Origin: Octopus sinensis
Lineage: Eukaryota
Reading direction: 5' to 3'
Length of the DNA stretch: 64,000 nucleotides
NCBI RefSeq assembly: GCF_006345805.1
Contig: NC_043012.1
Location: 58,156,001 to 58,220,000 of the forward strand
Shown here piece by piece: positions 26,680-40,314 of this stretch. Position 1 is the stretch's first letter, and each line of letters begins with the position of its first letter. A program made the translations under genes and the position numbers. Below the pieces are notes generated by a model. That model was not told where the DNA came from. It did not search any database and worked only from the letters and a program-made list of their open reading frames with translations.

Positions 26680-27100
26680 TTTCTTTACTTGTTTCAGTCA
26701 TTTGACTGTGGGCATTCTGGAGCACCGCCTTTAGTCGAGCAAATCGACCCCAAGACTTATTCTTTGTAAGCCAAGTAATTATTCTATCGGTCTGTTTTGC
26801 CGAACCGCTAAGTACGGGGACGTAAACACACCAGCATTGTTTCTCAAGCGATGTTGGTGGGACAAACACAGACACGCAAACACACACATACACAGACACA
26901 CATGCATAAAACACACACACCACACATATATATATACGACGGGATTCTTTCAGTTTCCGTCTACCAAATACACACACAAGGCTTTGGTCGGCCCGAAGCT
27001 ATAGTAGAAGACTTTTGCCCAAGGTGCCACGCAGTGGGACTGAACCCGGAACCATGTGGTCCGTAAGCAAGCTACTTAGCACACATCCACTCCTACGCCT
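26680..27100 (-). mobile_element. SINE family A, full length
   Basis: Reverse complement of the consensus. A further partial copy is at ~26060-26270. Confidence 0.85.
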
Positions 27101-27114
27101 ATGTGGATCGGTGG

Positions 27115-27308
27115 ATATTTTTTCCCTCAGACTTCCTTTTCTCTTGGACTTTCCTCGGTCTTCTGTTTCTGAAGGAGAGATTTGCTGGAAACGTAAAACT
27201 ACCTTGCTTTCTTTCCCTGAGCGTCTGCTAATACTTTGCATGTACCACGCTTCGTTTTGTTGCTTTTTCTCGTTTTTTCTTCGTTTTTTTAGGGGTATTA
27301 AACTACTT
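27115..27308 (+). mobile_element. Penelope-like pLTR fragment with a minimal, degenerate hammerhead (27165-27199)
   Basis: GTTT-CTGAAGG-AGAGATTTGCTG-GAAA-CG-TA-AAAC, followed by a pyrimidine-rich tail with CCTGAGCGTC and CCACG that is shared with 41761-41872. Confidence 0.5.
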
Positions 27309-27500
27309 AATGTGTGTGTGTGTGTAAAAGTGATTTTCTTTTAAAATCATATAAAAAAAGTTATAAAATCTTTCATCAGGATGTTATAACGTCTTGATAA
27401 AATATTTAACTTTTTTAAAAACCATTTCCTTTAAAAAAATCCCCTTTATATTAATACTAAAAAACTGCATACATACATACATACATACATACACATACAT

Positions 27501-27557
<57 letters not shown>

Positions 27558-27591
27558 CGAAATTGGAATATGTGGGTGTTGCGTTAAAACA

Positions 27592-27648
<57 letters not shown>

Positions 27649-27661
27649 TCTAAATAGATGT

Positions 27662-27697
<36 letters not shown>

Positions 27698-28344
27698 ATA
27701 CACCCAGTTATATTTTCCGTGTCCTCTATAGCATTTTGCTCTTCCAGAAACTTTAATTAAACAAAAGTTAAATCATTCAATAAAATACATGAGTATACAT
27801 ATTTCAAGTTAATTAATGCGTTCTTTGTAAAAGAAACAAAATTATTAATCAAACAAACCGCAGTGTTAATCCCAAACCAAATATAAATTTAATCATTTAA
27901 TATTATGAATTAGTTACTGTAGACTTTAATACCAAATGTCTGGGATTTCAGAGACACACTACTAGGGATACACGAGGAGGAATACCAGCGGTTTTGCAAG
28001 GCCCTACGGCATTTAATTTCCTGTATCAATTATATCACATACTTGTGTGTGTGTGCCGCCTGTGTTAGAATACCATTAGATGGTAACTCTGTCATTAGAT
28101 TGCCTACATCTTGTTGACTCATTTTTTTTGTTCTGTTAATATCTTTCTTGGTGTTCATCACCATTATAACTTTGCATTATAGCAGATTTTTGGTTGTAGA
28201 TTTTCACCTACCGTAAGCTCAGCAAATTCGTCCATTTATTCACCAGCTACTGGATTAATTTTATCCGCGTATTTTGCATACATTTGGGGGATATTCAAGA
28301 TAAGGCAGATGAGAAGACAGATGACAAAGACAGACAGATGGATC

Positions 28345-28398
<54 letters not shown>

Positions 28399-30236
28399 AA
28401 GTGAAAGAGGGAGGAGAGAAAGTGGGGGCTCTTTGTTCATATATTTTTCAGAATATACTATATATTATGAAATTGTTTTGTTAAATCAACTTGAGTGTTA
28501 TATTTTGCGACACACATATCCTGTCTGCTTCTATTTATGTCTGTCCATCTGCCTGCCTCTCTGTCTCACTCATTCTCTCTCTCTCTCTCTGTTTCGGTAT
28601 ATCTACATCTACGCTTATGTATGTGTGTATGTGCGCCTATACATATATATGTGTATATATATATTTACATGTATGTATGCGTGTATATATCCAATATCTA
28701 TTTATCTACATACATCCATCCATACATACGTGTAGGTTACAAAGTGTTATATGTACATACATTGAGGGATAAGATGAAGCCAACATTCAGCATAGCGAGT
28801 CAAGCAATGAAACATTCCGTATTCTAAATGGCCAATGTCTCACGATGTCTCACACTGCACATGGCATCCAAAATAAATTATATCGGATTAACAGTGAATA
28901 CCTTGAAATGCAGATACGCACACAGCAACAACTTTTTCCAGTATAGAAGCAAAATAACTGCTACGTCGATATACTTCTGTTGCTTGAAGGAGAACTCTAT
29001 CGATAATTCAAGAATATGCTGGTCTAAAGTTAAAATCACCGCCTATTATGTCAATAGAGGATGAAAAGCTCTTCTCCTTTGTATGGTGGAGAAGGGTTCT
29101 TTTTTATGATTAAGCTAGAAAGGGACGTGAAGTGCTCATGACCTTTTCTCTGGTGATCCTCAAACTGAAAGGGGTGGAAGCGGGAAGAAACTACAATTCT
29201 TAAGGTATTCTGTTCCGAATATTTGAGTTAACGCTGACTTTGCTGAAGCCAACCAAATAGAGGTGGTGGCGTTAATGCGTCGACGGAATACGTCCTCTAC
29301 CCACGAACATGGACTCACTATCCGTCATTCTACAGCAGCGTAATTTTCGCCTACCAAATTTTAATCACAAGATGTGTTTCCATCTGTCCATTGTACAGGC
29401 TCAATGTACCATAGAGTGGGTCGAACATGAAACCAGCAATGCACTGTACTAGTGTTAAACCTGCTACATATTTGCGGAAAATGGTTCAGTAATCTACATT
29501 TTTTTCATAACTAGGAGTTCTTTGTCTAGCGGAGCAATGCATACATTCGACAGTATGAATTCGACTTTATTTCATAAAGAATTTAAAAAATTAGTACGTA
29601 AGAAATTCTCTCACAATGTAGGCATGAGAATAAATATCTAGAGTAGTATATATTCAGGCTAATGACATGATGGCTCTTACCATGTTTGACCCCTAATCTT
29701 ACAGCGGATTATACTTATAGCTGCAGTGGACATTCATTTGAGAGTGCATTGCAAGATGTAACAATCGAACTAACAGATGAGAGTAAAACAAGCAAATGTG
29801 CGGCTCACATGTAATTGAAGTATTCAAAACAATAATATTTTCCCGGCAAAATTTTTACGGATGGACAGACTTGGAGTAGAAAGGGAAAGAATTTATGAGT
29901 ATATACATTTCTCTGTATGTTTGTCTTCTCCTTAACACGCTCATAGTTTTATACCCTGCCACACACACACACCACGCATAAATATAAGTATACATATCTG
30001 CGTTCTTGTAAATGTGCATGGAGTCAATAGCTCCATGTGTACTCAATGTCAGAAGTCGAATAAAATGTACACCAGACACCGCATCCTTGAAAGTAACTCG
30101 CTCTTCCACTCAATTACTCTCTCTTACAAATCCATCAATATTTCACTCACCCTTTTTGTATTCATACGTAAAGACATACAGACAGAGATACAGACAAAGA
30201 GACAGACGCACTTTTATATGTAAATGAAATTATTTG

Positions 30237-30273
<37 letters not shown>

Positions 30274-30274
30274 G

Positions 30275-30317
<43 letters not shown>

Positions 30318-30321
30318 TATG

Positions 30322-30369
<48 letters not shown>

Positions 30370-30555
30370 CAACACACACACACAATATATATATATATTC
30401 AGATACAAAGAATATATTCATATATATATATATTCATATACAAAGAATAAGTTATGGGATCGATTTGCTCGACTATATATATATATATATATGTATCGGT
30501 GCTACAGCATGGCCACAGTCAAATGGCTGAAAAAAGCAAAAGAGTAAAAATAGTA

Positions 30556-30620
<65 letters not shown>

Positions 30621-30702
30621 ATATATTATATATACATACATACATACATACATTGCATATATATACGTATATATATGTTTATATATATATATATATATAT
30701 AT

Positions 30703-30906
30703 AGGGTACTAAGTAGTAGAAGTGTTGCTAGAAGTAAGAGTGAAAGCAGCCCCGTAGCCACAGATAACACTATCTTAATGAGTGACAAGGGATCTAAACT
30801 CCCTATAAAGCTTGAGTCCCTTGTGAATCATTAAGATAGTGCTATCTGTCGCTATTGAGTTGTTTTGACTGTTACTTCTAGCAATACTGTTACTAATGTG
30901 TACCCT
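30703..30906. repeat. Imperfect ~200-bp inverted repeat (fold-back)
   Basis: AGGGTAC...TTGCTAGAAGTAA...ACAGATAACACTATCTTAATGA...ACAAGGGA pairs with TCCCTTGT...TCATTAAGATAGTGCTATCTGT...TTACTTCTAGCAA...GTACCCT. Confidence 0.9.
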
Positions 30907-31007
30907 TTGTCACTTTAGTGCCGTCTATAATTTTGTCTTTCGCTTGCTAAATTGCTAATAAGCCATCCATATTATATATATATATATATATATAACTGTA
31001 TATGCAT

Positions 31008-31043
<36 letters not shown>

Positions 31044-31290
31044 GTGAATATATGTGAATATATATACTCTTTTACGCTTTTACTTGTTATAGTCATGTAA
31101 GAAGTCGAGCAAATCGACCCCACGACTTATTCTTTGTAAACCTATTACTTATTTTATCGGACTTTTGCCGAACCGCTAAGTTACGGAGGCGTAAACACAC
31201 CAACATCGGTTGTCAAGCGATGTTGCGGGGAAAAAACACAGGCAAACAAGCATATACACACACACACATATATATATATATATACATATG

Positions 31291-31490
31291 TAGGTCCCGG
31301 GTTGATTCGGGGTTAACCACAGTAAATAAGGTACTCAATACATAGCAGAGTAAAATTAATTTATTATATAGAAGGAGCTTCTACAGGACTAGAACTGTTT
31401 CATTCAAGAGAAATCTTCAGGAAGCTTCCTGAAGATTTCTCTTGAATGAAACAGTTCTAGTCCTGTAGAAGCTCCTTCTATATAATAAAT
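31291..31490 (-). mobile_element. Penelope-like pLTR with an inverted partial copy (perfect 132-bp palindrome at 31359-31490)
   Basis: 66-bp arms with no spacer, centred on AAGCTT (31422-31427). The minus strand reads HHR, then AATAAA, then ~65 nt of unique tail. Flanked by (TA)n. Confidence 0.75.
31423..31473 (+). ncRNA. Type I hammerhead ribozyme (mirror copy at 31376-31426, minus strand)
   Basis: AGCUUC-CUGAAGA-UUUCUCUUGAAU-GAAA-CAG-UUCUAGUC-CUG-UA-GAAGCU. Stem I is 6 bp, stem III is ACAG/CUGU and the triplet is GUA. Stem II closes with a non-canonical U-U. Confidence 0.75.
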
Positions 31491-31682
31491 ATATATATAT
31501 ACATATATACGATGGGCTTCTTTCAGTTTCCGTCTACCAAATCCATTCACACCACTTTGGTCGGCTCCAGGCTATAGCAGAAGACACTTGCCCAATGTGA
31601 CACGCAGTGGGAATGAACCCGGAACCATGTGGTTCGTAAAGAAGCTACTTACAACACGGCCACTCCTACGCTGAGAGAGATA

Positions 31683-31985
31683 AGGGTGTATGGCTTAGTG
31701 GTTAGGGTGTTGCACTCACGATTGCGATACCGTTGGTTCGATTCCCATACCGGGCGTTGCGTTGTGTTCTTGAGCTAAGCACTTTATTCCACGTTACTCT
31801 GAGGTCATTTCGTCATGTGACATGTGGCACATGGTGCATCTGTACAGGTAATGTCGATTTGATGGAAGGAATAAGCTTATATCTATACAAACATTTAATG
31901 ACTATAAACAAGTCATGTGCGGTTGTTCGACAAGAATTTGCCGAACCTCCATACGTCATCTAACGACGGGAGAGTCCATGATGCA
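31683..31985 (+). mobile_element. tRNA-derived SINE (family C-like head, different body)
   Basis: A box TGGCTTAGTGG and B box GGTTCGATTCC, followed by CCGGGCGTTGCGTTGTGTTCTTGAGC. Confidence 0.7.
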
Positions 31986-32149
31986 CATGTACATTGAATG
32001 CACATAAATATGCGCATGTACATTGAAACATGTATAAATATATACATGTGTGCATATGCATAATGATATGATTATAAATACATGTATATGTGTGTAAGTA
32101 TGTAACTATATATTTCTGATTGTGTGTGTGTGTGTAAATATATATATAT

Positions 32150-32550
32150 ATTTACTTTTAATATTTTACTTGTTTCAGTCATTTGACAGCGGCCATGCTG
32201 GAGCACTGCGTTTAGTCAAGCAAATCGACCCCCAGGACTTATTCTTTGTAAGCCTTATTCTATCGGTATCTTCTGTCGAACCGCTAAGTTACGGGCACGT
32301 AAACACACCAGCATCGGTTGTCAAGTGATGGTGGGAGACAAACACAAACACACACACACACACACACACGCACACACAAACACACGCACACATTCACATA
32401 TATACACCTATATACGACGGGCTTCTTTCAGCCTCCGTCTACCAGATCCACTCACAATAGAAGACACTTGCCCAAGGTGCCATGCTAAGGGACTGAACCC
32501 GGAACCATACGGTTGGTAAGCAAGCTACTTACCACACAGCCAATCCTGCG
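32150..32550 (-). mobile_element. SINE family A
   Basis: Reverse complement of the consensus with a small internal deletion. Confidence 0.85.
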
Positions 32551-32585
32551 CATATATATATATATATGTATATATATATGCGTGT

Positions 32586-32870
32586 GATATCACGTGACCG
32601 ACCAGACCATCAGATGTTGCTACACATCGCTGGTCACAATGCGTTCGCATTGTTTTAGCCTTCAAATGACGCCACCCCGCTAAGCGAGCAGGCCAACAGA
32701 AGAAAGAGTGGTGAAAGAGTACAGCAGGGATCACCACCCCTGCCGGAGCGTCGTGGAGCTTTTAGGTGTTTTCGCTCAATAAACATACACAACGACCAGT
32801 CTGGGAATCGAAACCGCGATCCTACGACCGCAAGTCCGCTGCCCTAACCACTGGGCCATTGCGCCTCCAT
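32586..32870 (-). mobile_element. tRNA-derived SINE family C
   Basis: Reverse complement of 33734-34044. A tail-only copy is at ~1800-1912. Confidence 0.85.
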
Positions 32871-32894
32871 ATACACATGTACATACATATAACT

Positions 32895-33135
32895 GGTGAC
32901 CCCCTTCGGTCAGACACTGACCATGGGTTTTGCACCTAGAGAGTTACCCTCTAAGGCACAAGTCTGGGCAAGGTTGTTTTTTATGGAAGACCAGCAGTCG
33001 CCCATGCATACCGGCCTCCCCTCTCCACGTCACCGATGTTGTCCAAGGGAAAGGCAAAGGGGCCGATACAGCTTGGCACCTGTGACGTCGCAACTCATTT
33101 CTACAGCTGAGTGAACTGGAGCAACGTGAGATAAT
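32895..33135 (-). mobile_element. SINE family D, headless
   Basis: TTCTACAGCTGAGTGAACTGGAGCAAC central block (also at ~56115-56140) plus a tail shared with 3345-3512. Confidence 0.6.
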
Positions 33136-33733
33136 GTATATATATTTACACATAAATATCATATAAAATATATATATATATATATATATACATATATACA
33201 CACATATATATTCATAAGAATCGAAGAGTGCAATGGGAAAACAGAACCCTAGCATAAACACATCACCGTTTTCGACAGGAAAAGAGAAAACGGTAGGTAC
33301 GCGGTCCTGTTTTATGTTACACCGTTTGTACTATAATTTAAACTCAAAAATCTTCACGAATTTCGTATGTTGACAGTGAGACTATTTATCTCGTAAACGC
33401 GAGGATATGTGTTGGAAATGAGTTGTGTATTGAATTTGGTCGAAAATGAAACGTCTTTGTTTTGTATGTTGCACATCGAAAGCTGTTCTACAGATTTTTG
33501 TCTGCCTACGATTTTAGTTCTTATAAGCTGAAAGTCCTGCTTCAAATCGCTATTGAGTTGTAACACCAAGTTTATATTCACTTATATTTATTATAAGGAT
33601 AATAATCTCATTGATCGATAGTAAGTTGACTGCATTTACGCAGTCTTGGTTAATACTAATAGTGAAATCCAGTATTTAAGAGAATTTTATCTTCCTAAGG
33701 TCCTTTACTTTTCGTGCCATATATATTTCAACC

Positions 33734-34044
33734 GTGGAAGCGCAATGGCCTAGTGGCTAGGGCAGCGGACTCGCGGTTGTAGGATCGCGGTTTCGATTCC
33801 CAGACCGGGCGTTATGAGTGTTTATTGAGCGAAAACACCTAAAGCTCCACGTGGCTCCGGCAGGGGGTGGTGGCGGCCCCTGCTGTACTCTTTCGCCACA
33901 ACTTTCTCTCACTCTTTCTTATGTTGGCTTGCTCGCTTAGCCAACGGGGTGGCGTCATTTGAAGGCTAACACAATGTGAAGCGCATTGTGAACAGCGATG
34001 TGTAACAACATCTGATAGCCTGGTTGGTCACGGTGATCACGATG
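33734..34044 (+). mobile_element. tRNA-derived SINE family C, full length, with a 13-bp TSD
   Basis: A box TGGCCTAGTGG and B box GTTTCGATTCC. TSD ATATATTTCAACC at 33721-33733 and 34045-34057. Confidence 0.9.
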
Positions 34045-34224
34045 ATATATTTCAACCAGCACTCCTCGAATGCAAATTATAAGTCATAAAATTTCGGGTA
34101 AAATACCCTTTAGCAGAATGAGGTAGGCCATCTCACCCACGAAACCTGACCACTAGAATGTGGCAAGTTAGACAGCCATGACACCATTAGGACTACAGTA
34201 ATGTTAATATTTCAAAAGGTAAAA

Positions 34225-34645
34225 TGCGATCAGTTGGCAGAACCGTTAGCATGCCGGGCAAAATTCTTAGTGGTATTTCGTCTGTCTTTACGTTCTGCGT
34301 TCAAATTCCACCGAGCTCGACTTTGCCTTTCATCCTGTCGGAGTCGATTAATTAAATACCAGTTGTGTACTGTGGTCGACCTAATCGACTGGCCCCCTCC
34401 CTTAAAATTTTGGGCCTTGTGCCTAGATTAGAAACGGATATTTCAAAAGATAAATTGCGATGAGCTTGCAGAACCGTTAGCAACATTTCGTCTGACTTCA
34501 ATTACTGAGTTCAAATTCCATCGAAGTCATCTTTGTCTTTCATCGTTTCGGAGCTAATAAAATAAGTACCAGTATAGCATTGGGGTTGATGTTATCGACT
34601 TGACCCTCCACCAACATTGCTGGCCTTGTGGTAAAAATTTGAAAT
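34225..34645 (+). mobile_element. Two tandem diverged SINE family B copies
   Basis: Heads at ~34227 and ~34457, each preceded by ATATTTCAAAAG.TAAA.TGCGAT. Confidence 0.7.
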
Positions 34646-35504
34646 CAATATTTCAAAGGAGAAAGAAAATGGACTCGTTTTTGGTCGTAATTTTGAACCA
34701 ATGAGAAAATTGAAACTGAATGGTTAAACGAATTTTCGAAAATGCATCATTATTAGAGATTTATAATGGGCCCCGCATTAAAATAGAAAAAGACCAAAAA
34801 AAAAAAATTATTCCTTTTGCGATTGTAAGATTACTGCTTATAATACGGCTGACACAAAGACGGAAGTCTCCCTGGTGTGATCGGACCGATAATGTATTCG
34901 GTATTTCTTCGGTATTATTTATAGTTGATTTGTAACTGAGCAACTTGTTGAAAAGTTATATATTCGAGTTTCTCGAGGCTTCAGAGATGAGTGATAACAA
35001 ACAAACACATAGTAATAGTTTTGGTTTTGGTAATCCTGTTAGTGGTCCACACGTAGAAAAGTAGAAAAGAAACTCCTTGTTGAATAGTGAATATTGTTTA
35101 AAAATACTTTTATTCATATTTTTACATCTAATCCACTATTATTTCAGTGAATATGCTCCAAGCCTAAAAAAAAAAGTTAGGTTTTCATACGAAATAATAA
35201 AGAATATATGTAACATATGATATCTGATGTATCATATATATATATATATATATAGATATATATATATATAGATATATATCATACACACATATATGTATGT
35301 ATCTCTATATGTACATATATTTACATACTATATATGTGATGTATGTATTTATGTATATGTATATATATATATACATACACATGTATGTGTGTGTGTGTCT
35401 AAATATATATTATATATATATATATATAATATATATATATAATATATATAATATATAATAGATATATATGTATTATATATATGTGTGTGTATGTATATCT
35501 AGTG

Positions 35505-35642
35505 TATTATTCAATAGTATGCAGAAGATACATTATGCGTACATATATATTTTGAAGTAAATTTATGTATTTATGTATATTGTGTGTAAATATACATTAA
35601 TATGAATACACGCACACACTCGTCACATATACATATTTATGC

Positions 35643-35687
<45 letters not shown>

Positions 35688-35837
35688 ATTGTATATATAG
35701 TATGTATTATATATTGTATGCAGAAGATACATTATGCGTACATATATATTTTGAAGTAAATTTATGTATTTATGTATATTTGTGTTAAATATACATTAAT
35801 ATGAATACACGCACACACTCGTCACATATAATATTTA

Positions 35838-35885
<48 letters not shown>
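35505..35885. repeat. Near-identical direct duplication (~198-bp period)
   Basis: GTATGCAGAAGATACATTATGCGTAC...CACACTCGTCACATATA at ~35517 and ~35716. Confidence 0.85.
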
Positions 35886-35924
<39 letters not shown>

Positions 35925-37152
35925 GGAGAGAGGTGGAGGAGAACGACAAAGACTCGCTCACAGTGCAGAAATGAAAGTGAGAAAGAAAATAATAAATAAA
36001 AAGAAACATTAAACAAAAACAAGAATAAAAAACAAAACAAATATAGACTGAGATTAATTTATAGAGCCAGTACTACTGTAAATACTTTTGCAGTAAAACT
36101 AAATCTTTTTTAAAGCATATTTTTATGTTACAAACATTAAATATTCGTTCACACACTCAAGTGTTTCATAATTCTATCGTCTGGCTCTCAGAGTAATGTA
36201 TTAGCGCGTCTTGTTAAGAGCTCGCACATGCACACGAGAGTCGGTCCATATAGCTTGTTAACACGAGGCTTTGCATCATAATTAGTGATTACAGATGTGG
36301 TTGAATGCAAATTGCTTCAAATGTAGAAACGGGGCTGTTATTCTCATGGTTTGCCTGTGAATGTTTCGCTGTTATTTATAAATATCATCTCACATATGTA
36401 AAGTGGCTGCGAATGAGTATGGCTGGGTAATATGTACAGTTCTTTCGATAATTGTTTTAGGTGGCTGTGTAGCCGTGAACCGACACAGACATTTTGTCGG
36501 TTCTCCTACATTGTGACCCAGTTGTACGTAAACCTGGGGAACATATATGTATATCTTTTTTTTTATCATTTATGTGCTTCTTTTTTCAGTTTATGCATGT
36601 CAAATGTACTTAAAAGGCTCTGGTCGTCCCGCGACCATAGTAGAAGACACTTCCCTAAGTTACCACGCAATGAAACTGAACCCGGAACAATGTGGTTCAG
36701 TAGCAAATGTTTTACCACAGAGCTACGCCTATATATACATAATTTTTTTTTAATCCTTTACGGTGTTCAGGCAGTGGCCATGCTGGAGAACACACACACA
36801 CACACCCACACCCACACCCACACAAACACACACGTAGGTATATAACGCTCAGCGGTTGCAACACCACTGGTCTTTTGCAGGCGAGTAGGGAGGATCGACG
36901 CGAAATAAAGCGCCTTGCTCAAAGACTTAATGCGTTGACCGACTTAGTGTTTGTACCTATGATATTATGATCGCAGGCATAGGATTCTATCCACCAGGCC
37001 ACTCCGATTCAATATTTATAACATCATAATTCGGCTACTGTATAGAAAATCCGGAGGTGTTTTATGTATATTAATGCGTCATAAACAGAAGAAATTTAAA
37101 TATATATCGCAAGACAAACTCTTAGTTTCGGTCTCAATGTTTCAATATATTC

Positions 37153-37183
<31 letters not shown>

Positions 37184-37286
37184 TGTATGTATGTATGTAT
37201 GTATGTATGTATGTATGTATGTATGCATGCATGCATAAGTGTGTATATATGTATTTGCGCATAAATGTACCTGCATACATACCTAC

Positions 37287-37378
<92 letters not shown>

Positions 37379-37413
37379 TATATATACATATATATATATA
37401 TACATATAAATAC

Positions 37414-37444
<31 letters not shown>

Positions 37445-37998
37445 ATTGTGCATAAATATAACTACATACACACATATATATAAATACTGATATTTGCCTG
37501 TACGTGTGTGTATGCGAGTTTGTGTGAGTATACATATCTGTATATGTTGGCATACCATATAAACATACACATACAGACACACACACACACACACACACAC
37601 ACAACCACACACACACACACACACACAACACACACACATTTATATATATATATGTATACATGTGTACACAGGGTCACACGCATCTGAAGGTGTATCTACG
37701 CAACTATGGTAGTGTATAGTCTCACATTCGTTGGGCACATTTTTCTCCTTCTCGTTCTAGCAATAAGTAAATAAATAAACACACATACATAATACAAGAA
37801 GAAAATAAAAATAAAACAACAAAATGGCGGAAAATTAGTCGAAAGTAATTTATGGAATACGTGAATATATGCATGTATCAATGTTGCTATATACATTTAT
37901 ATTTTATTTTATGAATATATTTAAATCTATGGCCACATACTTATGCATACACACACTCGTACACAAACACACACACATACACACTCACACACGAGCGC

Positions 37999-38048
<50 letters not shown>

Positions 38049-40000
38049 CTGTATTTATGAATATGAACACGCTTGTATATATAAGGTTATATATATATAT
38101 ATACATATAGCTCCTCAACTATATCAGTTCTTTGAGAGCTACAGTCATATGTATGTATAAAACACACACACACCCACACACACACACACACACACGTATA
38201 TATACACATATGAATATTTTATGCACGTATTGAAATACACCATTTTACTTCACTATTGCACCACGTCTGACACCAACCACATTTTGATTATGAATAACAT
38301 GAGTACAGGAATGACTTTTTTTCCCCTCTTATACATCTACATACGGATGGTGTCTCACTCTCTCCCCCTCGATGTCATTATAATATACAAATATACTAGT
38401 ACAATGAACAGATCTATTCCTCTTACGGTTCATTGACAATATTTCTGGCTTTCATATTCTTTCATACGTCTTCCCTTATAGAGACGGATATAGATTAGCG
38501 TGCGTCACATTAGTGTTATTGCTGACTTGGTTTTTATTGCTGATATTTATTTAAAAATGTACCGTTTTGATCCATCCCTGTCATGGTTGTTCGGTCTATT
38601 CTGGCCAGACCCGTTGTACGAAGGACAATATTCTCTAATGTGAAATATTTCAAAATTTACATTATCCGTATGACTTTTATGATTATTATTATTATTATTA
38701 TCATTGCGACATCACGTGATTTTAGAGTGAGTTTGCTGATATTTCTTGAGGCTTCTTTGACGATTTGTTATGGATATAACTCTAACCATTCTCAAAATAT
38801 TTAAATAATGCGCACGTTCGTAATTCGGTAAGTTATTTTCAGGTGTTTATTCCGATTAACCATACACGATGATTATATAAACAGCATTTTGAGGAAGAAT
38901 CGAAACAGCAAACAACGGTTAAGAATTGGTTGATTGAATTGAGAATTTGAAGTAACAGGTATAGTCATGGTCCTAGTTATGAAAGTTAATATCATGATGA
39001 GGTATTTTTTACATGTTAAATCTGAATGAAGAGCTAATTCCCCTTGATGACGGTCCAAGTGTGCTTAACTTAAGGCCATTAATGTTCCGTTTAAGGTGTT
39101 GTACGTCAACATCTGCTAGGAAGAAATACGCGGGGAGATGATTTAAGAGTGTGTGATGTTCTCAGACGGAAGAACTGGTCATTATGGCTTGATTGGTTTG
39201 AGGATTTTGAAAGCGCCAAAAATGAAGAGTGGTGGAAAAGCTGCTAGTTTGTTTGTTGTGCTGGAGTTCTCGAAGTACGAAACCATCTAGTTCTAATGGA
39301 ACTGAGTCTTCTGTATTCAAATATAAAAGACAAAAAAATGAGGAATGGGGAGAGAGAAAGCGAGAGAGAAAAAAATCAGAACTGCGGGTCAGAGGTCAGA
39401 GGTCAGAGAGAAACACGGTCATAATTTCGAAATATTCAGACTTGGTAGGGAGAATTTAAAATTGCAGCTGTTATCATTATAAGCCATATGGAACAGGGTA
39501 TGGTTACGACAATGAACATTTTTGCAATTATATTATTATTGTACCAGCCAAATAGTGATATCTATATTATCCAACATTTTCATTCTAGTTTTAGACCCTG
39601 TGACTACATAATAAATCGTTCTGCTGTTGTTGACTTAAGTCTGACTCAACCGAGCACGTCTATGATCAAAATAAATCCAACCATGACCTTACGGTCTGTT
39701 ATCGTATTTTGCTGTCCTCGGGCATGGCGTAAACTGATATTCATTTTTCCTGCATATTCTAGTTTTTTCTGAATCGTCTGAAAGTCAGTTTCTAGGTCCT
39801 CTATAGCTGCCTCGTAATGGAAATTGGTGTCATCACAGAGATGTCTGTGTGGTTAGCAAAACTTGCTTTGCTACCGTGTAGGGAAGAGTTCACTTCCAAT
39901 GTGTGGCAGCTTGAGTAAATGCTTCCTGCTTCAGTCTATGAGCGACCACTGTTTTGCAAATGGATTTCGTAGATGAAAGCAGTGTGGAAGACCGTCGTTT

Positions 40001-40032
<32 letters not shown>

Positions 40033-40055
40033 TAATACATATACTACATATATAG

Positions 40056-40097
<42 letters not shown>

Positions 40098-40120
40098 ATA
40101 TATATATATATATATGTATG

Positions 40121-40220
40121 NNNNNNNNNNNNNNNNNNNNNNNNNNNNNNNNNNNNNNNNNNNNNNNNNNNNNNNNNNNNNNNNNNNNNNNNNNNNNNNN
40201 NNNNNNNNNNNNNNNNNNNN
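40121..40220. other. Assembly gap (100 N)
   Basis: Run of N adjacent to a (TA)n tract. Confidence 1.
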
Positions 40221-40314
40221 TTGTAGTGACTTCGGTCGACAGAGATTGCACATGTGTGTTGTAGCTTCTTAGACATTTTCTTTTCTTTCTTTCTGGCACC
40301 TTCTGTTGATATCT

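Larger units (their letters stand above)
31065..31670 (-). mobile_element. SINE family A whose central microsatellite hosts the 31291-31490 insertion
   Basis: Tail at ~31065-31250 and head at ~31508-31670, separated by TA tracts and the insert. Confidence 0.8.

Noticed and set aside
33734-33810. tRNA gene
   Set aside because: The A/B boxes continue into a repeated body flanked by a TSD, so this is a SINE head, not a tRNA.
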